Origin: Gammaproteobacteria bacterium
Lineage (GTDB): Bacteria; Gemmatimonadota; Gemmatimonadetes; Longimicrobiales; Gaopeijiaceae
Assembly: GCA_028821195.1 (NCBI GenBank)
Contig: JAPPHB010000118.1
Location: forward strand, 19,765 to 83,764
DNA: 64,000 bases
Direction: 5' to 3'
Part shown: piece after piece, positions 26,708 through 36,239 of the stretch
Numbering within the stretch: the first letter of the stretch is position 1
Layout of the letters: every line of letters begins with the position of its first letter
The notes under the pieces: generated by a model
Database searches by the model: none
Told to the model about the DNA's origin: nothing
The model's input: only the letters and a program-made list of their open reading frames with translations
Program-made: the position numbers and the translations under genes

Positions 26708-27706
26708 CTACACCTCCGCGCGCACGGCTCGCCGCACCAGATTCTTCATGAGCGGGAGCTTGTACGCGTTGTGGCGCAAGGGCTGCGCGCGGCGAATGGC
26801 GATGTCACCGGCTGCGACTCCGATGTCGTCGGTCGGGGCCTGGCCGATGACCGCGCGCTCGGCCTCGTCGAGCCGCATCGGGTAGGGCGCGACCCCGTTG
26901 ACCGAGATGCGCGCGTCCTGGATCGTGCCGCCCGAGGTGCGCATCGCCGATGCGACGGTTACCAGCGAGAAGTCCCACGACTGGCGGTCGCGGATCTTCT
27001 CGAAGTAGAAGTCGGCGCCGGCCCAGGTACCCGGAATGCGGATCGCGGTGAGCAGGTCGCCGGGCTCCATGACGGTCATGCGCTCGATGTCGATGCCGGG
27101 GCCGATGAAGAAATCCTCGGCGTCGTACACGGTCTCGCCGGACGAATTGGTGACCACCATCTGCGCGTCCAGCGCGATCGTGGCGGGCGCGGTGTCCGAG
27201 GGGTTGATCGCCACGCAGCGGCTGGCGCCGAAGACGCAGTGCTCGGCGTTCATGGCCTTGGGCGCCGAGGCGTAACAGATGTTTCCGCCCGCCCGGTAGC
27301 AGGGCCATCCACCGCGGTAATACCAGCAGCGGGTGTCCTGGGCGAGGTTGCCGCCGAGGGTGCCCTGGTTGCGGATCTGGGGCGTGGCCACGTGCTCGGC
27401 GGCCTGGGCGAGCAGCCCGAAGCGTCCGACGATGTCGGGATGGGTCGCCACTTCGGTGAGGGAGGTCATCGGCCCGATGACGAGCCCGTCACCATCGGCG
27501 CGGATGCCGCTCAGTTCCTCGATGCCCCCGAGGTCCACGATGGCTTCGGGACGCTTGATGCGGTCCTTGAACCAGTCGAAGCTGTCCAGTCCGCCCGCCA
27601 GTACCCAGGAGTTTTCCCCGTACTGGTCGAGCAGGTTGAGTGCGTCGCCGATGCTCGCCGGCTGGAAGAGCTCGCACGGCGGGATCATGTCGCGAATGAC
27701 GGCCAT
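26708..27706 (-). CDS. Molybdenum hydroxylase FAD-binding (medium) subunit
   Basis: CoxM/XdhB-type FAD_binding_5 pattern (VLAGGLDSFDWFKDR..., GTLGGNLAQD). Confidence 0.85.
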   Translation of the reverse strand: MAVIRDMIPPCELFQPASIGDALNLLDQYGENSWVLAGGLDSFDWFKDRIKRPEAIVDLGGIEELSGIRADGDGLVIGPMTSLTEVATHPDIVGRFGLLAQAAEHVATPQIRNQGTLGGNLAQDTRCWYYRGGWPCYRAGGNICYASAPKAMNAEHCVFGASRCVAINPSDTAPATIALDAQMVVTNSSGETVYDAEDFFIGPGIDIERMTVMEPGDLLTAIRIPGTWAGADFYFEKIRDRQSWDFSLVTVASAMRTSGGTIQDARISVNGVAPYPMRLDEAERAVIGQAPTDDIGVAAGDIAIRRAQPLRHNAYKLPLMKNLVRRAVRAEV

Positions 27707-27721
27707 GGTCGGAGCCTCCGG

Positions 27722-30139
27722 TTACACGTGCGTTTCGAGAGGACGATACGGCTGCTCGGTGCCCGTGAGCGCCGCGAGCACCACGTCGGTGGTGAGCGGC
27801 GTCCGGCACAGGCACTGGCCGCCGAGAGCGTCCGCGACCGCCGAAGCGATCGCTGCCGCCCCGGCCCCGATGGGTGGTTCCCCGATCCCTTTGGCGCCCA
27901 CCGGCGTCTGCGGGTCGGGTTCGTCGACGGCGGCCCACCTCATCCTCAGCGGAACATCGAGAATGCCGGGCGGGCGGGCCGTATACAGGCGCTTGGCGAA
28001 GGCGACGCCCCACTGCGGGTCGAAGACCCATTTCTGGCTGCGCGCCTGGCCGAAGCCCTGCACGGCGCCCCCGTGGATCTGCGCTGCCAGGCTGCGCGGG
28101 TGCAGCACGGTGCCGCAGTCGGTGACGCCGGTGTACTCGGTCAGGTCGATCTGGCCGGTCTCGACGTCGACCTCCACCTGGGCGAAGCCCATCACCCACG
28201 ACCAGATGCTGCCGTCGCCGCCGTAGTTGTCGCGGGCCACGCCCATCAGGCCCTCGCCGGCGAGGTTGGTCGCGGACGCCACCGTCATGGGGTTGAGGTC
28301 GTCGGGCAGTTCGTGTCCGCTGTACCTGCCGCCCATGCCGATCGCGCGCCGGGCGGCCTCGGCGAAGGTCATGCCGCGGCCGGGATTGGCGGTCTGGAAG
28401 ACGCGCCCGTCCGCGCAGTCGTAGGAATCGGGAGACCCGCCCAGCGCCCCGGCCGCGATCTCCTGCAGCTTCGCCTTGGCGTCCAGCGCCGCGGCGTGGT
28501 TGGAGCGGGTATGAGCGTGCGTGGTCTGACTGCCCGACTGGCTGGAACTCCACGGCAGGTTGCGCGAGGTGTCGCCCCACACCACCTCGCAGTCGTTCCA
28601 GTCCATGTCCAGCACGTCGGCGGCCGCCCTGGCGGTGTCGGCGATGGAGTGCGTACCCAGGTTGCCGATGCCCTGGTGGATGTAGAGCCTCCCGTCCGGA
28701 CGGATCACCAGCAGGCCATCCATCCCCCGGCTCCCGCCCACGAAGGGGCTGATGCCGATGCCGACGCCGATGGACTTGGTGCCGCGGCGGGTCGCGCTGA
28801 GCTGCGTCCGCTCCTCCCAGCCGAACACCTCCGCTCCCAGATCCAGCGCCTCGCGCGCGAAGCAGCTCGAAAGCGAGCCCTGATTGGCGCCGAGCCAGCC
28901 GTCGTGTCCGGGGGCGTTCACCCGCCGGATGTCGAGCCGGTCGATGCCGAGTTCGCGTGCTGCCTTGTCCATGATGGGCTCGAGCATGGCCACGATCTGG
29001 GCGCCGCCCGGGGCTCGCTGTGCCGAGCGGGGCGGGGTGTTGGTGTACACTGATACGGCGCGGAAGCGCATGTGCTCGGGCTGGTAGCAGAGCGACGCCA
29101 CAGTCCCGGCGGTGTTGAAGTCGCCGGAGCTGCCGTAGGAGCCGGCGTCCTGAACGATGTAGAGGTCGATGGCGGTGACCCGCCCGTCGTTCCTGAAGCC
29201 CATCTTCGCGAACGACTGGAACCCGGGGCGCGCCCGGCCGATGTACGTCTCCTCGTAGCGGTTGATGCGCAGCATCACCGGACGCCCGGTCTTCCGCGAC
29301 ATGATCGCGGCCACGTCGTTGATGGGCGCCCCGGAGATCTTGCTGCCGAACCCGCCCCCGCAGTACTCCGTCACAAGCACGACATCCGACTGGTCCATGC
29401 CGAGACGGTTGGCCAGCCCCGCGTGGGTGCGCGCCGTGCTCTGGGTGGAGGTGTGCAGATAGAGCTTGCCGTTCTGCCAGTACGCCATGACGCTGCGCGG
29501 CTCCATCGGATGATGGGACAGCGACTGGTGCAGCAGCGTCTCCTCGAGCACCAGATCCGCGTCCGCGAAACCGTCCTCGACTTCACCGACGTTCCATTCC
29601 ACCTGAGGTTCGCCCATCGGCAACCGGTCGGGGCCCGCGGCGTCGTAGTCGTCGTCGGTCCACTTGAACTCGCGGATCTCGCGGGTCTGGCCCTCGCGCC
29701 ACTGGATGTTGCCGTCCAGGCGCGCGTTGGGGCCGCCCGGGCGCAGGCTGTCGAGCGGGTCCACCACGAAGGGCAGGGGCTCGAAGTCGACCCGGATCGC
29801 CTCGATGGCGTCCGCCGCCGTGGTCTCGTCCACCGCGGCCACCGCCAGCACGGGCTCGCCCTCGTAGAGCGGCTCGTTGGTCAGGGCGGCCTCTGCCGCG
29901 ACCCCCGTGATCTCGGGCATCATCGGGTCGTCGGCGGTCAGGATGTCGACCACCCCCTCCATCGCCAGCGCCGCGCTCGCGTCGATGCGGCGCACGCGGC
30001 AGTGGGGCATGGGGGAGAGCAGCAGCTTGGCGAAGAGCATGCCCTCCGCGCGGAAGTCCTCGGCGTACCTGGCCCTGCCGGTGATCTTGGCTCGCAGATC
30101 CGGGGGCGCGATGTCTCGTCCAATAGCCTTCTCGGCCAT
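27722..30139 (-). CDS. Molybdenum hydroxylase molybdopterin-binding (large) subunit, xanthine dehydrogenase/aldehyde oxidase family
   Basis: GRARYAED, EYCGGGFGSK, AQRAPGG, GIGEPP. The CODH loop (AYxCSFR) is absent. Confidence 0.85.
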   Translation of the reverse strand: MAEKAIGRDIAPPDLRAKITGRARYAEDFRAEGMLFAKLLLSPMPHCRVRRIDASAALAMEGVVDILTADDPMMPEITGVAAEAALTNEPLYEGEPVLAVAAVDETTAADAIEAIRVDFEPLPFVVDPLDSLRPGGPNARLDGNIQWREGQTREIREFKWTDDDYDAAGPDRLPMGEPQVEWNVGEVEDGFADADLVLEETLLHQSLSHHPMEPRSVMAYWQNGKLYLHTSTQSTARTHAGLANRLGMDQSDVVLVTEYCGGGFGSKISGAPINDVAAIMSRKTGRPVMLRINRYEETYIGRARPGFQSFAKMGFRNDGRVTAIDLYIVQDAGSYGSSGDFNTAGTVASLCYQPEHMRFRAVSVYTNTPPRSAQRAPGGAQIVAMLEPIMDKAARELGIDRLDIRRVNAPGHDGWLGANQGSLSSCFAREALDLGAEVFGWEERTQLSATRRGTKSIGVGIGISPFVGGSRGMDGLLVIRPDGRLYIHQGIGNLGTHSIADTARAAADVLDMDWNDCEVVWGDTSRNLPWSSSQSGSQTTHAHTRSNHAAALDAKAKLQEIAAGALGGSPDSYDCADGRVFQTANPGRGMTFAEAARRAIGMGGRYSGHELPDDLNPMTVASATNLAGEGLMGVARDNYGGDGSIWSWVMGFAQVEVDVETGQIDLTEYTGVTDCGTVLHPRSLAAQIHGGAVQGFGQARSQKWVFDPQWGVAFAKRLYTARPPGILDVPLRMRWAAVDEPDPQTPVGAKGIGEPPIGAGAAAIASAVADALGGQCLCRTPLTTDVVLAALTGTEQPYRPLETHV

Positions 30140-30167
30140 TTCATCCTCCTCCGTAAAAGGCCGTTCG

Positions 30168-30809
30168 TCAGGCGCGTTGGCCCATCAACTCGACGGCTCG
30201 CTCCGCCGAATCGAGGATCTTGTTGTAGTCGCCGCAGCGGCAGAGGTTGCCGGAGAGCGCCTGCGCACATTGAGCGCGGCTGGCGCCCGGGTTGTCTTCG
30301 ACGAATGCCGCCATGCTCATGATGAAGCCGGGGGCGCAGAAGGCGCACTGGAAGCCGCCCTCGTCCATGACCGCCTGCTGCACCGGGTGAAGCTCGCCGT
30401 CGGGGCTCTCGAGCCCCTCGATGGTGCGGATCTCACGGCCTCGCACCTGGTGGGTGAGCATCGAGCAGGAGTAGTGCGTGACTCCGTCGATGTGGACGGT
30501 GCAGGCCCCGCACTCCGCGCGGTCGCACCCCAGCTTGGTCCCGGTCAGCCCCAGCTTGTAGCGCAGCGTCATCGCCAGCGTCTCGTACGGGAGCACGTCG
30601 ACGCGTCGCTGCTGGCCGTTGACGGTGAGCGTCATGAGCCGTTCCACCCCGCCCCGGGCCTGGCCGGCGGTCAGCACGCCCGGACCCCGGAACAGGTAGC
30701 TGGACGCGGAGACGGTCGCGCCCGCCGCGATCACGCCCTTGATGAACTTGCGGCGTGAGTAGTTGCGGGGACCGCGGTCGCGGATGATCTCGACTTCGGT
30801 CACGGTCAT
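30168..30809 (-). CDS. Tat-signal [2Fe-2S] small subunit of the molybdenum hydroxylase (PaoA-like)
   Basis: ATG 30809 behind AGGAGG. Twin-arginine SRRKFIKGVIAAGATV. Cluster motifs CDRAECGACTV and CAFCAPG...CRCGDY. Confidence 0.85.
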   Translation of the reverse strand: MTVTEVEIIRDRGPRNYSRRKFIKGVIAAGATVSASSYLFRGPGVLTAGQARGGVERLMTLTVNGQQRRVDVLPYETLAMTLRYKLGLTGTKLGCDRAECGACTVHIDGVTHYSCSMLTHQVRGREIRTIEGLESPDGELHPVQQAVMDEGGFQCAFCAPGFIMSMAAFVEDNPGASRAQCAQALSGNLCRCGDYNKILDSAERAVELMGQRA

Positions 30810-30911
30810 CACCTCCTTCGTGGTGTCGCTGGCCGGGAGTGCCCGGCACGCTTTCACAACTTGCCAAGATACGGAGCCGGTCCCGGATATGCGAGTCTTT
30901 GAGGGGCTATC

Positions 30912-32279
30912 TCAACCCACCCACACCGACTTCACGTTCACGAACTCGTGGATGCCGAAGAGGGAGAGTTCGCGTCCGTAGCCGCTTTCCTTGACCCCGC
31001 CGAAGGGGAGCTGGGGGTCGGAGCGCACGAAGGCGTTCACGAAGCAGTTGCCCGCATCGATCTCCTCGGCCGCAATGCGCCGCCCGCGCTCCAGATCGCG
31101 GGTGAAGACCGAGGCGCCCAGCCCGTAGCGGGTGTCGTTGGCCACCGCGATGGCCTCGCGCTCGTCCGCTACCGCCACGATGGACACGACCGGGCCGAAC
31201 AGCTCTTCCTCGTAGGCGGGCATGCCCGGGCCCACGTCGGCCAGCACGGTGGGCGGATAGAACCAGCCCGGCCGGTCGGGCACGTGGCCGCCCACCAGGA
31301 GCGACGCGCCCGCCTCGACGCTCCCCTGCACCTGGTCGTGCAGGCGGTCGCGCAGGTCCTCGCGTGCCAGCGGGCCGATGCGGTTGGCCTCGTCGAAGGG
31401 ATCGCCGAAGGTCGCGGTGGCCATCGCCTCCACCACCCGCTCGCGCAGCTCGGCGAGAACGGGCTCGACCACGATGCAGCGCTTGGCGGCGATGCAGCTC
31501 TGCCCGGCGTTGATCAGGCGGCTGGTCACGCACAGGCGCGTGGCGAGTTCCAGGTCGGCGTCCTCGAGCACGATGCAGGGGTCGTTGCCGCCCAGCTCCA
31601 GCACGGACTTCTTGACGTGGGCGGCGGCGGTCGCGGCCACCGTCTTCCCGGCGACGGTGCTCCCCGTCAGCGTCACCGCGCGCACACGCGGGTCGGCGAT
31701 GAGTTCGGCTGCGCGGTCGTGGTCGATGAGCAGCGCGCGGAAGAGGCCTTCGGGGAACCCGGCTTCGCGGAAGATGCCCTCGATGGCCAGCCCGCACCCC
31801 GGGACGTTGGGCGCGTGCTTAAGGAGCGTCCCGTTACCCGCCATCAGGTTGGGCGCGGCGAAGCGGAAGACCTGCCAGAAGGGGTAGTTCCAGGGCATGA
31901 TGGCGAAGACGATGCCGATCGGCTGGAAGGTGATGAAGCTCTGGCGGGCTTCGGTTTCGACCGGTTGCGGAGCGAGGTAGCCGGGAGCGTGCTCGGCGTA
32001 GTGTTCGCACACCATGGCGCACTTCTCGATCTCCGCGCGAGCCTCCCGCACGGGCTTCCCCATTTCGCGGGTCATGAGTTCGGCAAACTCCTCGCGCCGC
32101 TCCCTCAGGATGGCCGCCAGGCTCCCCACAAGCCGCGACCGCTCCTCCATGGGGGTGTCGCGCCAGGCCAGGAAGGCCTTCTGGCAGCCGGCCACGGCGC
32201 GGGCGTAGTCGCCGGAGGACATCTCGGGGTAGTCCCTGATGCGCCGGCCGGTCGCGGGATCTATCGCAGTGAACGGCAT
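30912..32279 (-). CDS. NAD(P)-dependent aldehyde dehydrogenase (succinate-semialdehyde dehydrogenase-like)
   Basis: IMPWNYPFWQ, ELGGNDP, and the catalytic Cys context GQSCIAAKR. ATG 32279 behind GGAGG. Confidence 0.85.
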   Translation of the reverse strand: MPFTAIDPATGRRIRDYPEMSSGDYARAVAGCQKAFLAWRDTPMEERSRLVGSLAAILRERREEFAELMTREMGKPVREARAEIEKCAMVCEHYAEHAPGYLAPQPVETEARQSFITFQPIGIVFAIMPWNYPFWQVFRFAAPNLMAGNGTLLKHAPNVPGCGLAIEGIFREAGFPEGLFRALLIDHDRAAELIADPRVRAVTLTGSTVAGKTVAATAAAHVKKSVLELGGNDPCIVLEDADLELATRLCVTSRLINAGQSCIAAKRCIVVEPVLAELRERVVEAMATATFGDPFDEANRIGPLAREDLRDRLHDQVQGSVEAGASLLVGGHVPDRPGWFYPPTVLADVGPGMPAYEEELFGPVVSIVAVADEREAIAVANDTRYGLGASVFTRDLERGRRIAAEEIDAGNCFVNAFVRSDPQLPFGGVKESGYGRELSLFGIHEFVNVKSVWVG

Positions 32280-32344
32280 CGGGTTTAACCTCCAGAGGAG
32301 TTGTCCGTCATCGTCCATCCTCAGAAAGCCTAGCCGGAACGCGC

Positions 32345-33976
32345 ATGGAAACAAGGCGTCCCACCACTCCCGAGGCCGAGGAGATCCTCGGACTCTACTA
32401 CCCCGTGCTCGACCACGGCTTCGTCTCGCTGGTCGACTACATGGGGACCGACGAGAGCATCGAGCACGCCGCGCGCGTAAGCTACGGCTACGGCACCCGC
32501 AGGCGCAGCGCCACCCGCGGGCTCATCCGCTACCTGCGCCGGCATCTGCACACCACGCCCAGCGAGATGGTCGAGCTCAAGTTCCACTGCGCCATGCCGA
32601 TGTTCGTGGCGCGCCAGTGGGTGCGGCACCGGACGGCGTGCCTGGCGGAGGGCACCGAGGTGTTCTTCGACCTGCCTGGTGCCGAAGCGAGGGGGCGCCG
32701 CCAACTCTACAAGCTGCCCATCGAAGAGATCTGGCGACGCTTTCAACCCACGCGGAATCGAACTCGCCCCGACAAGCAGCGGAACCCGTTTTTTCGCCTC
32801 GATCGCGTTCGCCGGATGAAACTCAGGCAAGTCAACGAGGACACTCTGGCGTTCCAGCACACCCGCGTTGTGGACGTGTACCGGAACGGCCCGAAGCCGG
32901 TGTTCAGGATGGTTCTGGAGGACGGCAAGTCCATCGAAGCCACAGCTGATCACCGATTCATGTTTGCCGACGGCTGGAACACGCTCGGGGCAGCGACCCG
33001 GTTGCGGGAGATCGGTGGGCGCGCGGCGTGGCAGCCCGGCGACCACTTCGTTTACGTCAACGGCGCAGCCGAAGAGCGCCCCGCATTCTACCGCGATCCG
33101 ATCTGGCTGCAGCGCGAGTACCGCGGATCCGGACAGTCGTTGGCGACAGCCAGCCGCCTCGACAAGGCCAAGCTCGTGCGGATCAAGCACTTCGAGTTCG
33201 TGGGCGAGCGGGAGACATACGACCTCGAAGTCGAAGGCCCATACCACAACTTTGTGGCGAACGGCATCGTCACCCACAACTCAATTAATGAGTATTCGGG
33301 TCGCTACAGTCTGATGCCGCTCCTCTTCTACAGCCCCGATAGAGAGAACTTCTCGCTCCAGAGCACCTCCAACAATCAGGGGAGGGAGGAGGATGCCGCT
33401 CCGAAGGGCCTCTATCGGGATGCGATCCGGCAATGGGAGGATGTGCGCAAGTCCGCTTCCCAGGCGTACGGGTGGATGGTCGAGCAGGATATCGCCCGCG
33501 AGCTGGCCCGAATCGACTTGCCGCTGTCGACATACACGCAGTGGTACTGGAAGATCGACCTGCACAACCTGCTGCACTTCCTCACGCTTCGCGTGGATGA
33601 TCACGCCCAGTGGGAGATCCAGGAGTTCGGGCGGGTGATGGCGGGGATGCTCAAGCGGGTGGCCCCGATGAGCTTCGAGGCCTGGATCGACTACCAGGTG
33701 TGCGGCGACAAGCTGAGCCGAATGGAGCTGGAGGCCCTGGCCACACTGCTCGCGCCGGGAGAGGGTGGCGGGCTCGAGGTACGGGAAGGTGGCGGATCGC
33801 TCAGCTTCGAGGAACTGCGCGGAATGGGGATGGCGCCGCGGGAAGTCCGCGAGCTGGTCGGCAAGATCCGGCGCCGGACCGCTCCGGATTTCGATCTGGA
33901 TCTTGCGCGCTTCCGGAGCGCGGAGGACGTGGCCGCAGAGATGCACGAGGCGGTGCCCGAGGGGAGTTTCGAATAG
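32345..33976 (+). CDS. thyX: FAD-dependent thymidylate synthase ThyX, interrupted by an intein
   Basis: N-extein ...FVARQWVRHRTA and C-extein SINEYSGRYS... rejoin to RHR-X7-S-X-R-Y, the ThyX signature. The rest of the C-extein is ThyX-like (YTQWYWKIDLHNLLHFLTLR). Confidence 0.9.
   Translation: METRRPTTPEAEEILGLYYPVLDHGFVSLVDYMGTDESIEHAARVSYGYGTRRRSATRGLIRYLRRHLHTTPSEMVELKFHCAMPMFVARQWVRHRTACLAEGTEVFFDLPGAEARGRRQLYKLPIEEIWRRFQPTRNRTRPDKQRNPFFRLDRVRRMKLRQVNEDTLAFQHTRVVDVYRNGPKPVFRMVLEDGKSIEATADHRFMFADGWNTLGAATRLREIGGRAAWQPGDHFVYVNGAAEERPAFYRDPIWLQREYRGSGQSLATASRLDKAKLVRIKHFEFVGERETYDLEVEGPYHNFVANGIVTHNSINEYSGRYSLMPLLFYSPDRENFSLQSTSNNQGREEDAAPKGLYRDAIRQWEDVRKSASQAYGWMVEQDIARELARIDLPLSTYTQWYWKIDLHNLLHFLTLRVDDHAQWEIQEFGRVMAGMLKRVAPMSFEAWIDYQVCGDKLSRMELEALATLLAPGEGGGLEVREGGGSLSFEELRGMGMAPREVRELVGKIRRRTAPDFDLDLARFRSAEDVAAEMHEAVPEGSFE
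32639..33280 (+). mobile_element. Class-1 mini-intein (214 aa) within thyX
   Basis: Block A CLAEGTEV (Cys1 codon TGC 32639-32641), block B IEATADHRF (TxxH), block F ETYDLEVEGPYHNFVANG, block G IVTHN followed by +1 Ser (TCA 33281-33283). No LAGLIDADG or HNH endonuclease motif. Confidence 0.9.
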
Positions 33977-34048
33977 GGGAGCAGCGAACGGTTCCGAGCC
34001 GGATTCCAGCCATCCCTTCGGATCCCGCGCACTGTAGCCGTTGAGGGG

Positions 34049-36217
34049 ATGAGTGTTTTGAAGACGAGTATGAGCGACGCAGGAGGACCAATGCACGAGC
34101 ACGACAACCCCCGGACAAGGCCGGCGCCGGGCCGCGTTCCCCGCGGGCCCGCGTTGGCGGCGCTGGCCCTGGTTCTGGTCCTGACGGGGCCGGTGGCAGG
34201 CCTCTCGGCGCAGGACATGGACGCCGCGCCGCGCCCGATGAACATCGTCGACCTCATCGACGTGCCGACGCTAGGCGACCCGCGCATCTCCCCTGACGGA
34301 ACCCGGCTGCTCTTCGTTCGCCGGGACGCCGACTGGGAGGAGAACGGTACCGTCGCCCACATCTGGAGGGTGGACGCGGACGGCGGCAACCTGATCCAGG
34401 TCACCAACGGCGAGAACGGGGAGACGAGCCCACGCTGGTCGCCCGACGGAAGCCGCATCGCCTTCCTGGCCCGGCGCGGCGAGGATGAGCACACCCGGAT
34501 CTACCTGCTGAACGCCATGGGAGGAGAGGCGAACGCCCTCACCGATCATCCGACGGCGGTCTCGAGCATCACCTGGGCCCCGGATGGCAGCGGTATCTAC
34601 TTCGTAGCTTCGGACGAACTCTCGGAGAAGGAGCAGGCCGCGCGCGCCGCCGGGGACGATGTCTTCGCCTTCGACGAGAACTATCAGCAGCTCCACATCT
34701 GGCGCGCGAGCGTGGACGACGGCGAGGCGAGCCGGGTCACGGAAGGCGACTACTCGGTCACCGGATACTCGCTTTCGCGCGACGGCACCCACATCGCCTT
34801 CCACCGCGGAGAATCGCCGCTCTTCGAGGGCGTGGACCGGCGCGAGGTGTGGGTGATACGGGCGGACGGGAGCGACGCGCGCCAGCTCACCCGCAACTCG
34901 GTGCCGGAATACAACGCGCGCCTTTCTCCGGACAACCAGTGGGTGGCCTTCCACGCGGACTCGAACGAGGACTTCGACTTCTACTACAACGACAATCTCT
35001 TTCTCGTCCCGGCATCCGGAGACGGAGAGGCGCGCATACTGCTTCCGGACATGCCGCACGGGGTCGACGCCATCGCGTGGTCGGGCGACGGCGAGGCCAT
35101 CTTCTTCCGCGCCAACTCGGGCGTGCGCGAGGAGCTGATGCGCGTGGACATCGAAGGCGAGCGCCTGACCCAGTTGACCGAGGGCGACCACCAGGTCATC
35201 AACTGGCAATACGCGCCCGCGGTGGACGCGCACGTCTTCGGACTCAACCGGGCGGACAACCGGGGCGACCTGTGGGTGATGTCCGACGACGGCCCCGAGC
35301 GCGTCACCCACGTCTTCGACTACCTCACCGAGGACTTCCTGCAGCCGCGCCAGGAGGCCATCCGCTGGCGGGGTGAGGACGGCATCGAGGTCGAGGGGCT
35401 GCTCTTCTACCCGCTCGAGTATGAGGAGGGCACCCGGTATCCGCTGGTGGTCCAGACCCACGGCGGGCCCGCCTCGTCCGACAAGTTCCAGTTCTCCACC
35501 GCGGGCAACTTCGTGCAGGTGCTGAACGGAATGGGCTACTTCGTCTTCAAGCCCAACTACCGGGGCAGCACCGGGTACGGCGACGACTTCCTGCGCAACA
35601 TGGTGGGCAACTACTTCGATCAGGCCCACCTGGATGTCATGACCGGGGTCGACCACCTGATCGATCTCGGCCTGGTGGACGGCGCGCGCATGGCCAAGAT
35701 GGGATGGAGCGCCGGCGGGCACATGACCAACAAGATCATCACCCACACCGGCCGCTTCAAAGCCGCCGCCTCCGGAGCGGGCGCCGCCAACTGGGTGTCG
35801 ATGTACGCCCAGAGCGACATCCGTGTCTACCGGACCCCGTGGTTCGGCGGCACCCCCTGGGAGGAGGACGCGCCCGTCGACCAGTACTGGCAAGACTCGC
35901 CGCTGCGCGAGGTGTGGCGGGTGAGCACGCCGACGATCTTTCTCGTGGGCGAAGAGGACGCCCGCGTGCCCATGCCGCAGTCGGTGGAGATGTACCGCGG
36001 GCTCAAGCACAACGGCGTTCCGACGCATCTCTATGTAGCGCCGCGCGCGGGGCACGGCTGGACCGAACTCCGGCACCAGCTCTTCAAGGCCAACGTGCAC
36101 CTGGAGTGGTTCGAGCGCTGGGTGCACGACCGCGAGTACGAGTGGGAGGAGGCGCCGGGGGACGAGGAGGAGGCGCGGGCTACAACGACCGCGGAGGAGT
36201 CGCCGCGACCCGGGTGA
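34049..36217 (+). CDS. S9 family serine peptidase (acylaminoacyl / prolyl oligopeptidase-like) with an N-terminal beta-propeller
   Basis: TolB-like repeats (SPDG..IAF). C-terminal alpha/beta hydrolase with the nucleophile GWSAGGH, and later ...DARVP, ...GHGW. Confidence 0.85.
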   Translation: MSVLKTSMSDAGGPMHEHDNPRTRPAPGRVPRGPALAALALVLVLTGPVAGLSAQDMDAAPRPMNIVDLIDVPTLGDPRISPDGTRLLFVRRDADWEENGTVAHIWRVDADGGNLIQVTNGENGETSPRWSPDGSRIAFLARRGEDEHTRIYLLNAMGGEANALTDHPTAVSSITWAPDGSGIYFVASDELSEKEQAARAAGDDVFAFDENYQQLHIWRASVDDGEASRVTEGDYSVTGYSLSRDGTHIAFHRGESPLFEGVDRREVWVIRADGSDARQLTRNSVPEYNARLSPDNQWVAFHADSNEDFDFYYNDNLFLVPASGDGEARILLPDMPHGVDAIAWSGDGEAIFFRANSGVREELMRVDIEGERLTQLTEGDHQVINWQYAPAVDAHVFGLNRADNRGDLWVMSDDGPERVTHVFDYLTEDFLQPRQEAIRWRGEDGIEVEGLLFYPLEYEEGTRYPLVVQTHGGPASSDKFQFSTAGNFVQVLNGMGYFVFKPNYRGSTGYGDDFLRNMVGNYFDQAHLDVMTGVDHLIDLGLVDGARMAKMGWSAGGHMTNKIITHTGRFKAAASGAGAANWVSMYAQSDIRVYRTPWFGGTPWEEDAPVDQYWQDSPLREVWRVSTPTIFLVGEEDARVPMPQSVEMYRGLKHNGVPTHLYVAPRAGHGWTELRHQLFKANVHLEWFERWVHDREYEWEEAPGDEEEARATTTAEESPRPG

Positions 36218-36239
36218 CGGGGCTTGGCGAACGACCCCA

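Noticed and set aside
27722-30139. Aerobic carbon monoxide dehydrogenase (CoxSML) identity for the Mo-hydroxylase genes.
   Set aside because: The large subunit lacks the CODH active-site loop (AYxCSFR-type). The small subunit has a Tat leader, and the gene order and cytochrome b partner differ from cox operons.
32330-33277. The 315-aa antisense ORF opposite the thyX intein, as a possible free-standing homing endonuclease.
   Set aside because: It has no LAGLIDADG, HNH or GIY-YIG motifs. Its composition is typical of the antisense frame of a GC-rich gene, and it overlaps the well-supported thyX frame completely.
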